From the IMG/VR virus record IMGVR_UViG_2740892106_000010: a DNA stretch of 40,357 bases; one strand, given 5' to 3'. This DNA is from a virus. Its lineage: Duplodnaviria > Heunggongvirae > Uroviricota > Caudoviricetes. The translations under genes and the position numbers were made by a program. The notes below the pieces were generated by a model. It had not been told where the DNA came from, did no database searches, and saw only the letters and a list, made by a program, of their open reading frames with translations. This document shows, piece by piece, positions 17,221-26,811 of the stretch (positions within the stretch are counted from its first letter, which is position 1; each line of letters begins with the position of its first letter).

Positions 17221-17513
17221 CAGATTACGAAGACGATCAACTGAAAGAAGAAAACGCCCGTAAGCAACGTGACATGGCACAGCGTGAAATTGATGACATT
17301 CGCTTTGTCATGAGCAGTGAACAGGGGCGTCGCGTTGTCTGGTCGGTGCTGGAGAAAGGCCGTGTGTTTTCCGCTATCTCACCGATGGACGCTATGGCAA
17401 TGGCATTTAATGAGGGGCAACGCAATCTGGCGCTGGAACTGTTTCAGCGCGTTATGGCGCATTGCCCTGAACAGTATTTGAAGATGGCCAAAGAGGCCAG
17501 TGAACAGGAGTGA
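17217..17513 (+). CDS. Hypothetical protein between portal and scaffold genes
   Basis: 98-aa ORF, start overlaps the portal stop. Confidence 0.5.
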   Translation: MTDYEDDQLKEENARKQRDMAQREIDDIRFVMSSEQGRRVVWSVLEKGRVFSAISPMDAMAMAFNEGQRNLALELFQRVMAHCPEQYLKMAKEASEQE

Positions 17514-17515
17514 TC

Positions 17516-18211
17516 ATGAATTTATTTGAGCGTTTGCTGTATCGCCGTCTTTGCAATGAGCAACCAGTCGATGGTGGAGCAGCTCCGGCTGCGTCAGAAC
17601 CGTCAGCGCCTGCAGGTGATAACCCTGCTCCAGTTGGTGATCCATCACAACAGGAAGGTGATAAGCCACAACCTGTTGCTGATGGCGATAAACCTGCTGA
17701 TGACAAAAAGCCTGAAAACGATAAGCAGGATGAAAAAAAGGACGGCGATAAACCAGAGGGTGCGCCTGAAAAGTACGAGTTTCAGGCTGCCGAAGGCGTA
17801 GAGCTGGATACAGAAGCGTTGAAGGAATTCGAGCCGGTGGCGCGAGAACTAAACCTGACCAACGAGCAAGCGCAAAAGCTGGTTGATGCTTATCCGAAGA
17901 TTCTGGCAGGTGTGCAGCAGCGCCAGGCAGAAGCCTGGCAGAAAACAACCGAGCAGTGGGCTGCTGATGTAAAAGCTGACAAAGAAATTGGTGGCGACAA
18001 GTTGATTTCTAACCTTAGCGCCGCACAGCGTGCGCTTGACCAGTTCGGGACACCCGAGCTCAAAGAATATCTGAACACCACCGGACTGGGTAATCACCCT
18101 GATCTGGTCAAAACGTTCGTGAAAATCGGAAAGGCGATGTCTGAAGATGGCATGGTCACCGGTGGTAATGAAGGCCAGCGTAGTGCGGCCGAAGTGCTCT
18201 ATGGCAAATAA
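17516..18211 (+). CDS. Capsid scaffolding protein
   Basis: ATG at 17516 with GGAG RBS; acidic low-complexity N-terminal region and helical C-terminal region; positioned between portal and major capsid genes. Confidence 0.65.
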   Translation: MNLFERLLYRRLCNEQPVDGGAAPAASEPSAPAGDNPAPVGDPSQQEGDKPQPVADGDKPADDKKPENDKQDEKKDGDKPEGAPEKYEFQAAEGVELDTEALKEFEPVARELNLTNEQAQKLVDAYPKILAGVQQRQAEAWQKTTEQWAADVKADKEIGGDKLISNLSAAQRALDQFGTPELKEYLNTTGLGNHPDLVKTFVKIGKAMSEDGMVTGGNEGQRSAAEVLYGK

Positions 18212-18225
18212 GAGAGGAAATGACA

Positions 18226-19212
18226 ATGGCTGTTAAAGGCTTAACTGCGCTGACGCTGGCTGACTGGGGTAAGCGCGTCGATCCAAACGGGAAAGTCGAT
18301 AAGATTATCGAGCTTCTCGGTCAAACTAACCCGATCCTTCAGGATATGCCTTTTGTCGAAGGGAACCTTCCTACCGGACACCGAACCACCATTCGTTCTG
18401 GTTTACCTTCAGCTACCTGGCGTTTGCTGAACTATGGCGTACAGCCAAGCAAATCAACCACAGTGCAGGTAACCGATTCCGTGGGCATGCTGGAAACCTA
18501 TGCTGAAGTCGATAAGTCACTGGCTGATCTGAACGGCAATACCGCCGAATTCCGCCTGTCTGAAGACCGCGCATTTATTGAAGCGATGAATCAGCAGATG
18601 GCGCAGACGCTGTTTTATGGTGATTCCAGCGTTAACCCTCAGCAGTTTATGGGACTGTCCTCCCGCTATTCCAGCCTGTCTGCGGGTAATGCTCAGAACA
18701 TCATTGATGCTGGTGGCACGGGTACAGATAACACCTCAATCTGGTTAGTAGTGTGGGGCGAAAACACCGTGCATGGCATCTTCCCGAAAGGGAAGAAGGC
18801 TGGCATCCAGATGGAAGATAAAGGCCAGGTGACACTGGAAGATGCGAATGGCGGCAAGTACGAAGGCTACCGTACCCATTACAAATGGGACAACGGACTT
18901 GCTCTGCGTGACTGGCGTTATGTTGTTCGCATTGCAAACATCGATGTCAGCAATCTTTCAGAACCTTCCTCTGCCGCAAATATTGCGAAGTTGATGGTTA
19001 AAGCACTGCATCGCATTCCGAACCGTGGCATGGGGCGCCCGGTGTTCTACATGAACCGCACTGTAGGCCAGGCTCTTGATTTGCAGTCTCTGGAGAAAAC
19101 ATCTCTGGCGATCAGCGTAAAAGAGACAGAAGGCGAGTGGTGGACTTCATTCCGTGGTGTACCAATCCGTGAAACTGATGCGCTTCTGGAAACAGAAGCC
19201 CGCGTGGTGTAA
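18226..19212 (+). CDS. Major capsid protein
   Basis: ATG at 18226 with GAGG RBS 8 nt upstream (track start 18220); about 330 aa, directly after the scaffold gene and followed by a stem-loop. Confidence 0.75.
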   Translation: MAVKGLTALTLADWGKRVDPNGKVDKIIELLGQTNPILQDMPFVEGNLPTGHRTTIRSGLPSATWRLLNYGVQPSKSTTVQVTDSVGMLETYAEVDKSLADLNGNTAEFRLSEDRAFIEAMNQQMAQTLFYGDSSVNPQQFMGLSSRYSSLSAGNAQNIIDAGGTGTDNTSIWLVVWGENTVHGIFPKGKKAGIQMEDKGQVTLEDANGGKYEGYRTHYKWDNGLALRDWRYVVRIANIDVSNLSEPSSAANIAKLMVKALHRIPNRGMGRPVFYMNRTVGQALDLQSLEKTSLAISVKETEGEWWTSFRGVPIRETDALLETEARVV

Positions 19213-19228
19213 CGCCTGTTATTAACCT

Positions 19229-19248
19229 GTGGGTCGTAACAGACCCAC
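19229..19248 (+). terminator. Stem-loop immediately after the capsid gene (possible partial terminator or RNA stability element)
   Basis: GTGGGTC-gtaaca-GACCCAC hairpin; no strong T-run. Confidence 0.3.
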
Positions 19249-19263
19249 TAATGGAGAAAGAAG

Positions 19264-19701
19264 ATGATCACCGACAAACTGTTGATGTTCTCCGAAGCAC
19301 AGGCGGTAACTGATACCGCGGCTTCTACTGACGTAATCGATCTCGGTCCAATTGACGGAAAACGTCGTGATATCGGCGTTGGTTACCCGCTTGAGTTTTG
19401 GGCGCTGGTTAACACAGCCGCCGCGGCAAGCGGTGATGCAACTGTAAACATCCAGTTGCAGACGAGTGAGAATAACAGCTCATGGACCACTATTTATGAT
19501 AGTGGCGCACTGGTAAAGACCGCCCTGACAGCAGGTAAACGAGTTGTTTCTGCAAAGGTGCCTGCCGGTGTTCAGCGATATCTGCGTGTTAACTACTCCG
19601 TCGCAACTGGCCCACTAACGGCTGGCGAATTCACTGCTGGTATCAGTCTTGATGTTGATGCCAATACGCCGTATCCGATCCGCTCAAAAGTAACTGGTTA
19701 A
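19264..19701 (+). CDS. Putative minor capsid or decoration protein
   Basis: 145-aa Ala/Thr/Val-rich ORF directly after the major capsid gene; function is from position only. Confidence 0.4.
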   Translation: MITDKLLMFSEAQAVTDTAASTDVIDLGPIDGKRRDIGVGYPLEFWALVNTAAAASGDATVNIQLQTSENNSSWTTIYDSGALVKTALTAGKRVVSAKVPAGVQRYLRVNYSVATGPLTAGEFTAGISLDVDANTPYPIRSKVTG

Positions 19702-19711
19702 GGTGATATCG

Positions 19712-20047
19712 ATGTCAGGTGAGAAACCAAGATACCGCGTTCTGCGCCTCTCTCATATCCATAACACTCTGTGGCCGGAGGGGGCAGAAATCGAATACGA
19801 AGGTGAGCCTGGTAGCGCACTGGAACCTGTTAACGATGCAGCCAGACAGGCAAAAGCAAAAGTTGCAGGAAAGGTGTCAATGGCAGCAACCAGCACCAAA
19901 ATCATCAACGATGTGTCAGATGATGGTGAACTGGATAAGCTCCGTGAAGAGTACGAATTGCTCTTTAACGAGAAGCCACACCATAACGCCAAAGCAGAAA
20001 CGCTCCGCGAGAAGATCGCAGATAAGCGTAAAGAACTGGGCGTGTAA
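19712..20047 (+). CDS. Hypothetical structural-region protein
   Basis: ATG at 19712 with AAGGTGA RBS (track start 19703); followed by an intrinsic terminator. Confidence 0.45.
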   Translation: MSGEKPRYRVLRLSHIHNTLWPEGAEIEYEGEPGSALEPVNDAARQAKAKVAGKVSMAATSTKIINDVSDDGELDKLREEYELLFNEKPHHNAKAETLREKIADKRKELGV

Positions 20048-20064
20048 GCCTCGCGAATCAGACA

Positions 20065-20085
20065 AGGGGCTTCGGCCCCTTTATT
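20065..20085 (+). terminator. Rho-independent terminator
   Basis: Hairpin AGGGGC-ttcg-GCCCCT followed by TTATT. Confidence 0.55.
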
Positions 20086-20103
20086 GCAGGAGTATAGAAA
20101 CTT

Positions 20104-20709
20104 ATGGCCTCTGTAGTAGAGATCTGCAATCGTGCGCTGTCCAATATTGGCAACAGCCGCAGCATTAACAGCCTGACGGAAGCCAGCAAGGAAGCTGGGG
20201 AATGTTCGCTGCACTTTGAGGCCTGCCGTGATGCTGTGCTTTCTGATTTTGACTGGAACTTTGCTACCAAACGCGTGGCGCTTGCAGATACGAGCAATCC
20301 ACCGCCTGACTGGGAATATGCGTACCAGTACCCGTCCGATTGTCTGCGCATTACTGAAATTATGCTTCCTGGTGTACGCAATCCAACAGCAGCAATGCGC
20401 GTTCAGTACGAAGTTGGTGCAGACACCAACGGAACAGGAAAATTGATCTACACAGACCAGCCGCAGGCATGGCTCAAGTATGTCTCTCGCGTTACAGATG
20501 TGAACATGTTTGATGCCATTTTTATGGAGGCGTTGGCTTGGCGTCTTGCGGCAGCTATTAACATGGCGCTGACTGGGAATGCAGACCTCGGTACGTTTGC
20601 CCTCAATATGTACAATCGCGTGATTCTTAGTGCTGGCTCGCATAGCCAGAATGAATCACAGGAACCACTGCCACCGGTTGACGAGTTTACCATTGCGAGG
20701 TTGTCCTGA
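20104..20709 (+). CDS. Tail tubular protein A-like (tail adaptor)
   Basis: 201-aa ORF with GGAG RBS; size and position (before a roughly 820-aa protein and internal virion proteins) match the T7 gp11/gp12 arrangement; sequence similarity is tentative. Confidence 0.45.
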   Translation: MASVVEICNRALSNIGNSRSINSLTEASKEAGECSLHFEACRDAVLSDFDWNFATKRVALADTSNPPPDWEYAYQYPSDCLRITEIMLPGVRNPTAAMRVQYEVGADTNGTGKLIYTDQPQAWLKYVSRVTDVNMFDAIFMEALAWRLAAAINMALTGNADLGTFALNMYNRVILSAGSHSQNESQEPLPPVDEFTIARLS

Positions 20710-23180
20710 TGGCTATCAGTTGGATCCAGCCCAGCTTTGCCGGTGGTGAGATTGGACCGTCGTTGTACGGTCGTATCGACATGGCGAAGTACCAGGTGGC
20801 ATTGCGCAAGTGCGATAACTTTATCGTGCGGCAGTATGGCGGAGTTGAGAATCGACCTGGTACGCGTTTTGTCGGTGCCGCCAAATACCCAAATCGGAAA
20901 TGCCGCCTGATCCCGTTCCAGTTCTCGACGGTTCAGACCTATGCTCTGGAGTTCGGACACCAGTACATGCGCGTTATCAAAGATGGTGCGTTGGTGCTGA
21001 ACAGCAGCAATGTTATTTATGAAATTGCCACGCCATATACTGAAGCCGATCTGTTCCGAATTAAATTCACGCAAAGCGCCGACGTGCTTACGCTTGTTCA
21101 TCCGGCATACCCGCCGAAAGAGTTGCGTCGCTATGCGCATGACAACTGGCAACTGGTTGATGTGGTAACGAAGAACGGACCATTTGAAGATATCAATATT
21201 GACGAGTCAGTGACGGTTTATGCCAGCGCCAGCACCGGGACAATTACGCTAACGGCAAGCGCCTCTATTTTTGGCGCGGAGCAGGTAGGCAAATTGTTCT
21301 ATCTGGAACAGCCTGCAGTGGATTCTGTGCCGGTATGGGAAACCAGTAAGAGTACGTCGATTGGCGATATTCGCCGAGCAGACAGTAACTACTATCGCGC
21401 CGTTAAAGCAGGCAAAACAGGTACTTTGCGCCCTTCGCATACAGAAGGCACATCATGGGATGGCTGGGGCGGATCCGGTGATGATGATACTGGCATTGAG
21501 TGGGAATATCTGCACAGTGGTTTTGGCATTGCCCGTATCACTGCTGCAAATGGAACTACTGCAACTGCCGAGGTGATTTCCTATATCCCTTCGCAGGTAG
21601 TTGGCGAGGATAATGCCAGCTATAAATGGGCTAAATATGCCTGGAACAGTGTTAACGGTTATCCTGGCACTGTTGTTTATTATCAACAACGCCTTTACTT
21701 CGCCGCATCGACTGCGTTCCCTCAGACTATCTGGGCCAGCCGTACCGGGGATTATAAGGATTTTGGCAAAAGCAATCCTACGCAGGATGACGACAGAATT
21801 ATCTACACCTATGCCGGGCGTCAGGTTAATGAGATCCGTCACCTGATTGATGTTGGTTCGCTGGTGGCGCTGACTTCCGGAGGTGAGTACGTCATCACTG
21901 GCGACCAGAACAAAGTGCTTACCCCATCATCATTTGCATTCAGCTCTCAGGGATCAAATGGCTCGAGCAATGTCCCACCAATTGCCGTGGCGAATATTGC
22001 TCTGTTCGTCCAGGAGAAAGGCAGTGTTGTCCGTGATCTGGCCTACTCATTCGATGTTGACGGCTATCAGGGGAACGACCTGACCATCCTTGCCAATCAT
22101 CTTTTTCAGAAGCACAGCATTGTTGACTGGTGCTTCTCTATTGTCCCTTACTCCAGCGCCTTCTGCATTCGTGATGACGGTAAATTACTGGTGATGACCT
22201 ATTTGCGTGATCAGCAGGTTTTTGCATGGGCACCACAATCCAGTACCGGAAAATATGAAAGCACATGCAGTATCAGCGAAGGCAATGAAGATGCGGTGTA
22301 TTTCGTCGTTAACCGAACCGTTAACGGGCAAACAGTGAGATACATCGAGCGGCTGTCCAGCCGTTTATTTACCGGCGATGAAGATGCTTTCTTTGTTGAT
22401 TCTGGACTTAGCTATGATGGAAGAAATACGTCTGACAGAACGATGACCATCACTGGTGGTTCTGGTGAATGGGATTACCGTGCGGAATATACAATCAGTG
22501 TTTCTGGTGGTGCGTACTTCACCAGTAGTGATGTCGGCGCGCAACTACAGTTCCCTTATACCGGAACTGATCCTGATACTGGCGATGAAGTGTCAAAAGA
22601 ATTACGTTGCGACATTATTTCTGTAACCAGCAATACCGCTGTAGTGGTTCGTGCTAACAGGAACGTCCCGCCATCCCTCAGGAATGTGGCCACCACGAAC
22701 TGGCAGATGGCGCGCCGGACATTTGGAGGCCTGTCTCATCTTGAAGGCCAGACCGTAAACATTCTTTCTGATGCGAATGTTGAGCCACAGAAAGTTGTTT
22801 CCGGAGGTGCCGTCACACTGGAATCACCGGGGGCTGTAGTGCACATCGGCCTGCCAATAACTGCTGAATTCGAAACACTGGATATCAACATTAACGGACA
22901 GGAAACGCTGCTGGACAAAAAACAGGTGATCCCCTCCGTTACTCTGGTTGTGAATGCCAGCCGCGGCATCTGGGCGACTACGCCTGGCGGTAAATGGTAC
23001 GAACATCCACAGCGTGAATTCGAGTTCTACGATGATCCTGTTGATGATGCTACCGGAAAAGTAGAAGTGAAACTGGACAGTAACTGGGGCAAAAACGGAC
23101 GTGTAAAAATCCGTCAGCTTGACCCGTTGCCGCTGTCTGTTCTTGCCGTTATTCCTCGCCTTACTGTTGGGGGATTCTGA
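20709..23180 (+). CDS. Tail tubular protein B-like (nozzle)
   Basis: 823-aa ORF directly after the gp11-like gene; Gly-rich N-terminus reminiscent of T7 gp12; assignment by synteny and size. Confidence 0.5.
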   Translation: MAISWIQPSFAGGEIGPSLYGRIDMAKYQVALRKCDNFIVRQYGGVENRPGTRFVGAAKYPNRKCRLIPFQFSTVQTYALEFGHQYMRVIKDGALVLNSSNVIYEIATPYTEADLFRIKFTQSADVLTLVHPAYPPKELRRYAHDNWQLVDVVTKNGPFEDINIDESVTVYASASTGTITLTASASIFGAEQVGKLFYLEQPAVDSVPVWETSKSTSIGDIRRADSNYYRAVKAGKTGTLRPSHTEGTSWDGWGGSGDDDTGIEWEYLHSGFGIARITAANGTTATAEVISYIPSQVVGEDNASYKWAKYAWNSVNGYPGTVVYYQQRLYFAASTAFPQTIWASRTGDYKDFGKSNPTQDDDRIIYTYAGRQVNEIRHLIDVGSLVALTSGGEYVITGDQNKVLTPSSFAFSSQGSNGSSNVPPIAVANIALFVQEKGSVVRDLAYSFDVDGYQGNDLTILANHLFQKHSIVDWCFSIVPYSSAFCIRDDGKLLVMTYLRDQQVFAWAPQSSTGKYESTCSISEGNEDAVYFVVNRTVNGQTVRYIERLSSRLFTGDEDAFFVDSGLSYDGRNTSDRTMTITGGSGEWDYRAEYTISVSGGAYFTSSDVGAQLQFPYTGTDPDTGDEVSKELRCDIISVTSNTAVVVRANRNVPPSLRNVATTNWQMARRTFGGLSHLEGQTVNILSDANVEPQKVVSGGAVTLESPGAVVHIGLPITAEFETLDININGQETLLDKKQVIPSVTLVVNASRGIWATTPGGKWYEHPQREFEFYDDPVDDATGKVEVKLDSNWGKNGRVKIRQLDPLPLSVLAVIPRLTVGGF

Positions 23181-23644
23181 TGATCGATGTTCAAATTATT
23201 CCCGCAACCGAAGAGCATCTTCAGATGATTTTGCCGGATGTTCGTCAGGCTGATATTGACGAACTGTATGCGGTATCGCTGATGACTACCGAAGATGCGC
23301 TGCGTGTTGGTCTTCGCACTGCGACTATGGCCTGGTCAGGGTTCGCGAACGGAGAACTGGTAACCATGTTTGGTGTATCTCCGGCGTCAATGATCGGTGG
23401 CAATGGTACGCCCTGGCTGGTCGGAACCAGCCGTATTGAAAAATATCAGAAGACATTTCTTCGCCACTGCAGACCTGTATTGCAGCAGATGCTGGCAGTT
23501 TATCCGCGCCTGGAAAACTACGTCGACGAGCGAAACCATATTGCCAAAGCATGGCTGCACTGGCTTGGATTTAGGCTTGAAGAAGCCGCGCCTTATGGTG
23601 CTCTTGGTCTTAATTTCCACAGATTTCACATGGAGAGAAAATAA
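23180..23644 (+). CDS. Virion protein (gp13-position)
   Basis: 154-aa ORF overlapping the upstream stop; position matches T7 gp13. Confidence 0.45.
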   Translation: MIDVQIIPATEEHLQMILPDVRQADIDELYAVSLMTTEDALRVGLRTATMAWSGFANGELVTMFGVSPASMIGGNGTPWLVGTSRIEKYQKTFLRHCRPVLQQMLAVYPRLENYVDERNHIAKAWLHWLGFRLEEAAPYGALGLNFHRFHMERK

Positions 23645-24189
23645 TGTGCGATCCGGTTATTGCTGGTGGCGCAATGCTCGCCATGAGTGGCATTCAGGCA
23701 TACACCCAGTACCAACAGGGAAAGTATGCCTCGAAGGTTGCAGAAGCGAACGCAGATATAGCCACTGCTCAGGCAAATGATGCAATAAACAGAGGTAACG
23801 CTGAAGCTGAGCAACGGCGCAGAGAGACCCGACAGCGGCTTGGTACACAGGCGGCGACAATGGGGGCGACCGGCGCTGATTTATCTACAGGTAACGCGCT
23901 GGATATATTTGGCGACACTGCCCAGTTTGGCGCTCTTGATTCTCTGACGACGGTGAATAACGCGCAACGCGAGGCTTACGGTTATCAGGTTCAGGCTGCC
24001 AACTATAAAGCAGAAGCCAGTTCAGCCCGTAAACAGGGGAATGTGGGAGCAGCAACAACATTGCTCACTGCGCCTCTGAAGGCATACGGTGCGTACCAGA
24101 TGTTTGGTGGGACGTGGAGTCCGTTTACTCAAAGCACCCCTGCGCCAATCGGGGCAGCAGCAGGAACCAGATTACCCGGAGGATTATAA
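23644..24189 (+). CDS. Internal virion protein (Ala/Gln-rich, gp14-position)
   Basis: 181-aa ORF with low-complexity Ala/Gln-rich composition. Confidence 0.45.
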   Translation: MCDPVIAGGAMLAMSGIQAYTQYQQGKYASKVAEANADIATAQANDAINRGNAEAEQRRRETRQRLGTQAATMGATGADLSTGNALDIFGDTAQFGALDSLTTVNNAQREAYGYQVQAANYKAEASSARKQGNVGAATTLLTAPLKAYGAYQMFGGTWSPFTQSTPAPIGAAAGTRLPGGL

Positions 24190-26810
24190 TGCCAGTCGTA
24201 CCAACAGTATCCGGCCGTCAGGTTCAGAGCCGTGGAGTTCAGTCAGCAGGCTTGCAGACGTTTTCTCAGCCAGGTATTGGTGATGCTTTTGTTCGGGCAG
24301 GGACAGAGGCAATTGATGTTTTTGGTCAGGCAAAACAGCGTGCCAATATCGCTCTGGCTCAGGAGGCATCTCTTAACCTCAGTCAGATAAGCAGTGATCT
24401 GCTGAATAATCCTGAAACAGGATTGCTTAACCTGAAAGGGAAAAATGCTATTGGAAAAGGTCAGGAGTATACGCAGCAGTTTGATGCTCAGGTCGAACAA
24501 CTGGCTATGTCGCTGCCGGATGAACAGGCTCGTAATGCTTTCATGCAGCAGGCGCAGCAGCAGCGCATTCAGTTCACTACGCAGGCCGGGAGGTACGAAA
24601 TAGGACAGGTTCGCCAGTATGAGGCGGATATGCAGGATGCGACACTAAAAAACCTATCGATGCAGTTCCGTAACCCGACAATGGCAAACCAGGCAGGATT
24701 GAAGGCATATCATAGCATCATCGCTTACGGCGAAGCCCACGGCCAGAGTCAGGAAGAGATCGAACAGAACTGGGTTTCGTGGCGCGAGAATGCCGCGAAC
24801 GGTGCGGCGGAGGCGTGGTATGTGCCGATGTATCAACAGATGATGGGTCCGAACGGCAAGATTGAGGTAACCGATACACCGAGTGAGGCGCAGTTATTCT
24901 CTGCAATAATCTGGCAGGAGAGTGGCGGAAATCAGTACGGAAAGGACGGAACACCTCTGGTGTCGCCAAAAGGCGCTGTTGGCGTAGCGCAGGTGACGGA
25001 AGATACTGGCCCCGAAGCTGCCCGCCTTGCTGGCGTGCCGTGGGACCGCGATAAATGGTTGAATGACCCGCGCTATAATGCCCGCTTGGGGCAAGCTTAT
25101 TTCGGCGCGCAGATGAAGAAATACGACAATAACCCGGTTCTGGCAGTAGCTGCCTATAACGCTGGCCCAGGAAAGGTTGACGGCTGGATTAAACAGATTG
25201 GCGATCCGCGCACAGGCGAAGTCAGTAACGCCCAGTTTGCCGCAGCTATCCCATACGACGAGACGCGCAATTATGTGGCAAAAGTAACTGGCAGTGCTGG
25301 AGCTATTCCTGGATCTGCGACGATGGAAAACCTCATCGCACAGCCATTCTGGAACGCCATGAGTCCGGACAAAAAGTCGCAGATGATGAGCAAGGTTGCT
25401 GGCATGTACGACATGCAGGCTTCAGCCGGTCGCGTTGCGCTACAGAGTCGAATGCAGGACGACCTATCCAAAATTGAGGCCGGTAAGCAGGTGACGCCTA
25501 TTTCAGCGCACGAATGGGCCGCCGTTATGCCGCTTCAGGCAGCGCCTGCCGAGCGCCTGCAGATGGAAAAAACCTTCCAGCAATACCAGCAGGCAATGAC
25601 GCTACAACCTGTTTATCAGACCATTATGCAGGGCAACGTCCAGCAGGGTACCGCCGCCGTGCAGGCAATGGCACCGCAGGAAAACGACCCTGACTTTAAA
25701 TACAAAGCAGAGCTTTATGCATCGGCAAAGGTCAAGCTTGGGCAGGTACTGAAGGCGCGGGAAGCGGATCCGGGGGCATGGCTGCAACAAAACTCTCCGG
25801 TTGTGCAGGCTGCATTCCAGCAGTACCTGAATGACCCTTCATCTGGTGAATACCTAGTTTCCCGCATACAGTCTGAAAAAGACCGCCTGGGGATAATGAG
25901 CAAAAAAGTTTTACCGGAGTCCATGGTCAATGATGTACTGCAGCGTATTGACAACACGCAGGAATCTAGCGTTAAGGCCATTCAGTCGGTGGCGCAGTCG
26001 TTCGGCAAATACTCGGATCAGGTGATGCAGCAGGTTCAGAAGAGCGCTTATCCTGCGTTGCAGGTTGTCATGGCTACCGAGAACCCGCGCGCGGCAAATG
26101 CGCTCTGGCAAAACCGTAGCGTTAAAACTGCTGACTTACGCGGCAGTCTTGAGAAAACCGACGCGGATAGCGCCGACTCGTCATGGAATGACCAATCGAA
26201 AGATTTTGCTGGCACGATGGTTGTTCAGCCTGGTGGCACTGCCGTGTGGAATAACTTCAACGAGCAGGGAAAACGACTTACTTACATCAACATGCAGCGC
26301 GGAATGTCGGCGTCTGATGCAGCAAAACAGGCGTATCAGGACATCCTCGGCGAGCAGTACCAGACCAATGGCACTTGGCGGCTACCTAATCGTGCAGGGA
26401 TAGATATTCGTGACGTTAACGATGGTGCCAATGCGTATCTGAAAAACCTGTCAGCAGATCAGATTATGCCGCTTATTGGTGACCCAAGGCTACCTGATGA
26501 GGTCAACCGTGAGCAGAGTATCTCCCGCATTCGTGATAATGCGCAGTGGGTTACCAACAGCGACGAAACAGGACTTACCCTGATGCTCAACGGGCTGATC
26601 GTCAACGGTGCCGACGGCAACCCGATTACGGTGCCGTTCAACGATCTGGCGAAACTGGGAACAACCAACCGATCAGTATGGAACAGCATTACCAAGTTCA
26701 TTGATACTCCGGTGAAATATACTCCCGGACAGTCTAAGGAATACAGCGCAGAAAGTCAGCGCGACAACCTGATTAACATTTTCCAGAACGGCCAGCAATC
26801 AGGACGATAA
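24189..26810 (+). CDS. Internal virion protein with lytic transglycosylase (SLT) domain
   Basis: ATG at 24189 with GGAGG RBS (track start 24114 overlaps the upstream gene); SLT motifs AIIWQESGGNQYG, GAVGVAQV and AYNAGPGKV. Confidence 0.8.
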   Translation: MPVVPTVSGRQVQSRGVQSAGLQTFSQPGIGDAFVRAGTEAIDVFGQAKQRANIALAQEASLNLSQISSDLLNNPETGLLNLKGKNAIGKGQEYTQQFDAQVEQLAMSLPDEQARNAFMQQAQQQRIQFTTQAGRYEIGQVRQYEADMQDATLKNLSMQFRNPTMANQAGLKAYHSIIAYGEAHGQSQEEIEQNWVSWRENAANGAAEAWYVPMYQQMMGPNGKIEVTDTPSEAQLFSAIIWQESGGNQYGKDGTPLVSPKGAVGVAQVTEDTGPEAARLAGVPWDRDKWLNDPRYNARLGQAYFGAQMKKYDNNPVLAVAAYNAGPGKVDGWIKQIGDPRTGEVSNAQFAAAIPYDETRNYVAKVTGSAGAIPGSATMENLIAQPFWNAMSPDKKSQMMSKVAGMYDMQASAGRVALQSRMQDDLSKIEAGKQVTPISAHEWAAVMPLQAAPAERLQMEKTFQQYQQAMTLQPVYQTIMQGNVQQGTAAVQAMAPQENDPDFKYKAELYASAKVKLGQVLKAREADPGAWLQQNSPVVQAAFQQYLNDPSSGEYLVSRIQSEKDRLGIMSKKVLPESMVNDVLQRIDNTQESSVKAIQSVAQSFGKYSDQVMQQVQKSAYPALQVVMATENPRAANALWQNRSVKTADLRGSLEKTDADSADSSWNDQSKDFAGTMVVQPGGTAVWNNFNEQGKRLTYINMQRGMSASDAAKQAYQDILGEQYQTNGTWRLPNRAGIDIRDVNDGANAYLKNLSADQIMPLIGDPRLPDEVNREQSISRIRDNAQWVTNSDETGLTLMLNGLIVNGADGNPITVPFNDLAKLGTTNRSVWNSITKFIDTPVKYTPGQSKEYSAESQRDNLINIFQNGQQSGR

Positions 26811-26811
26811 C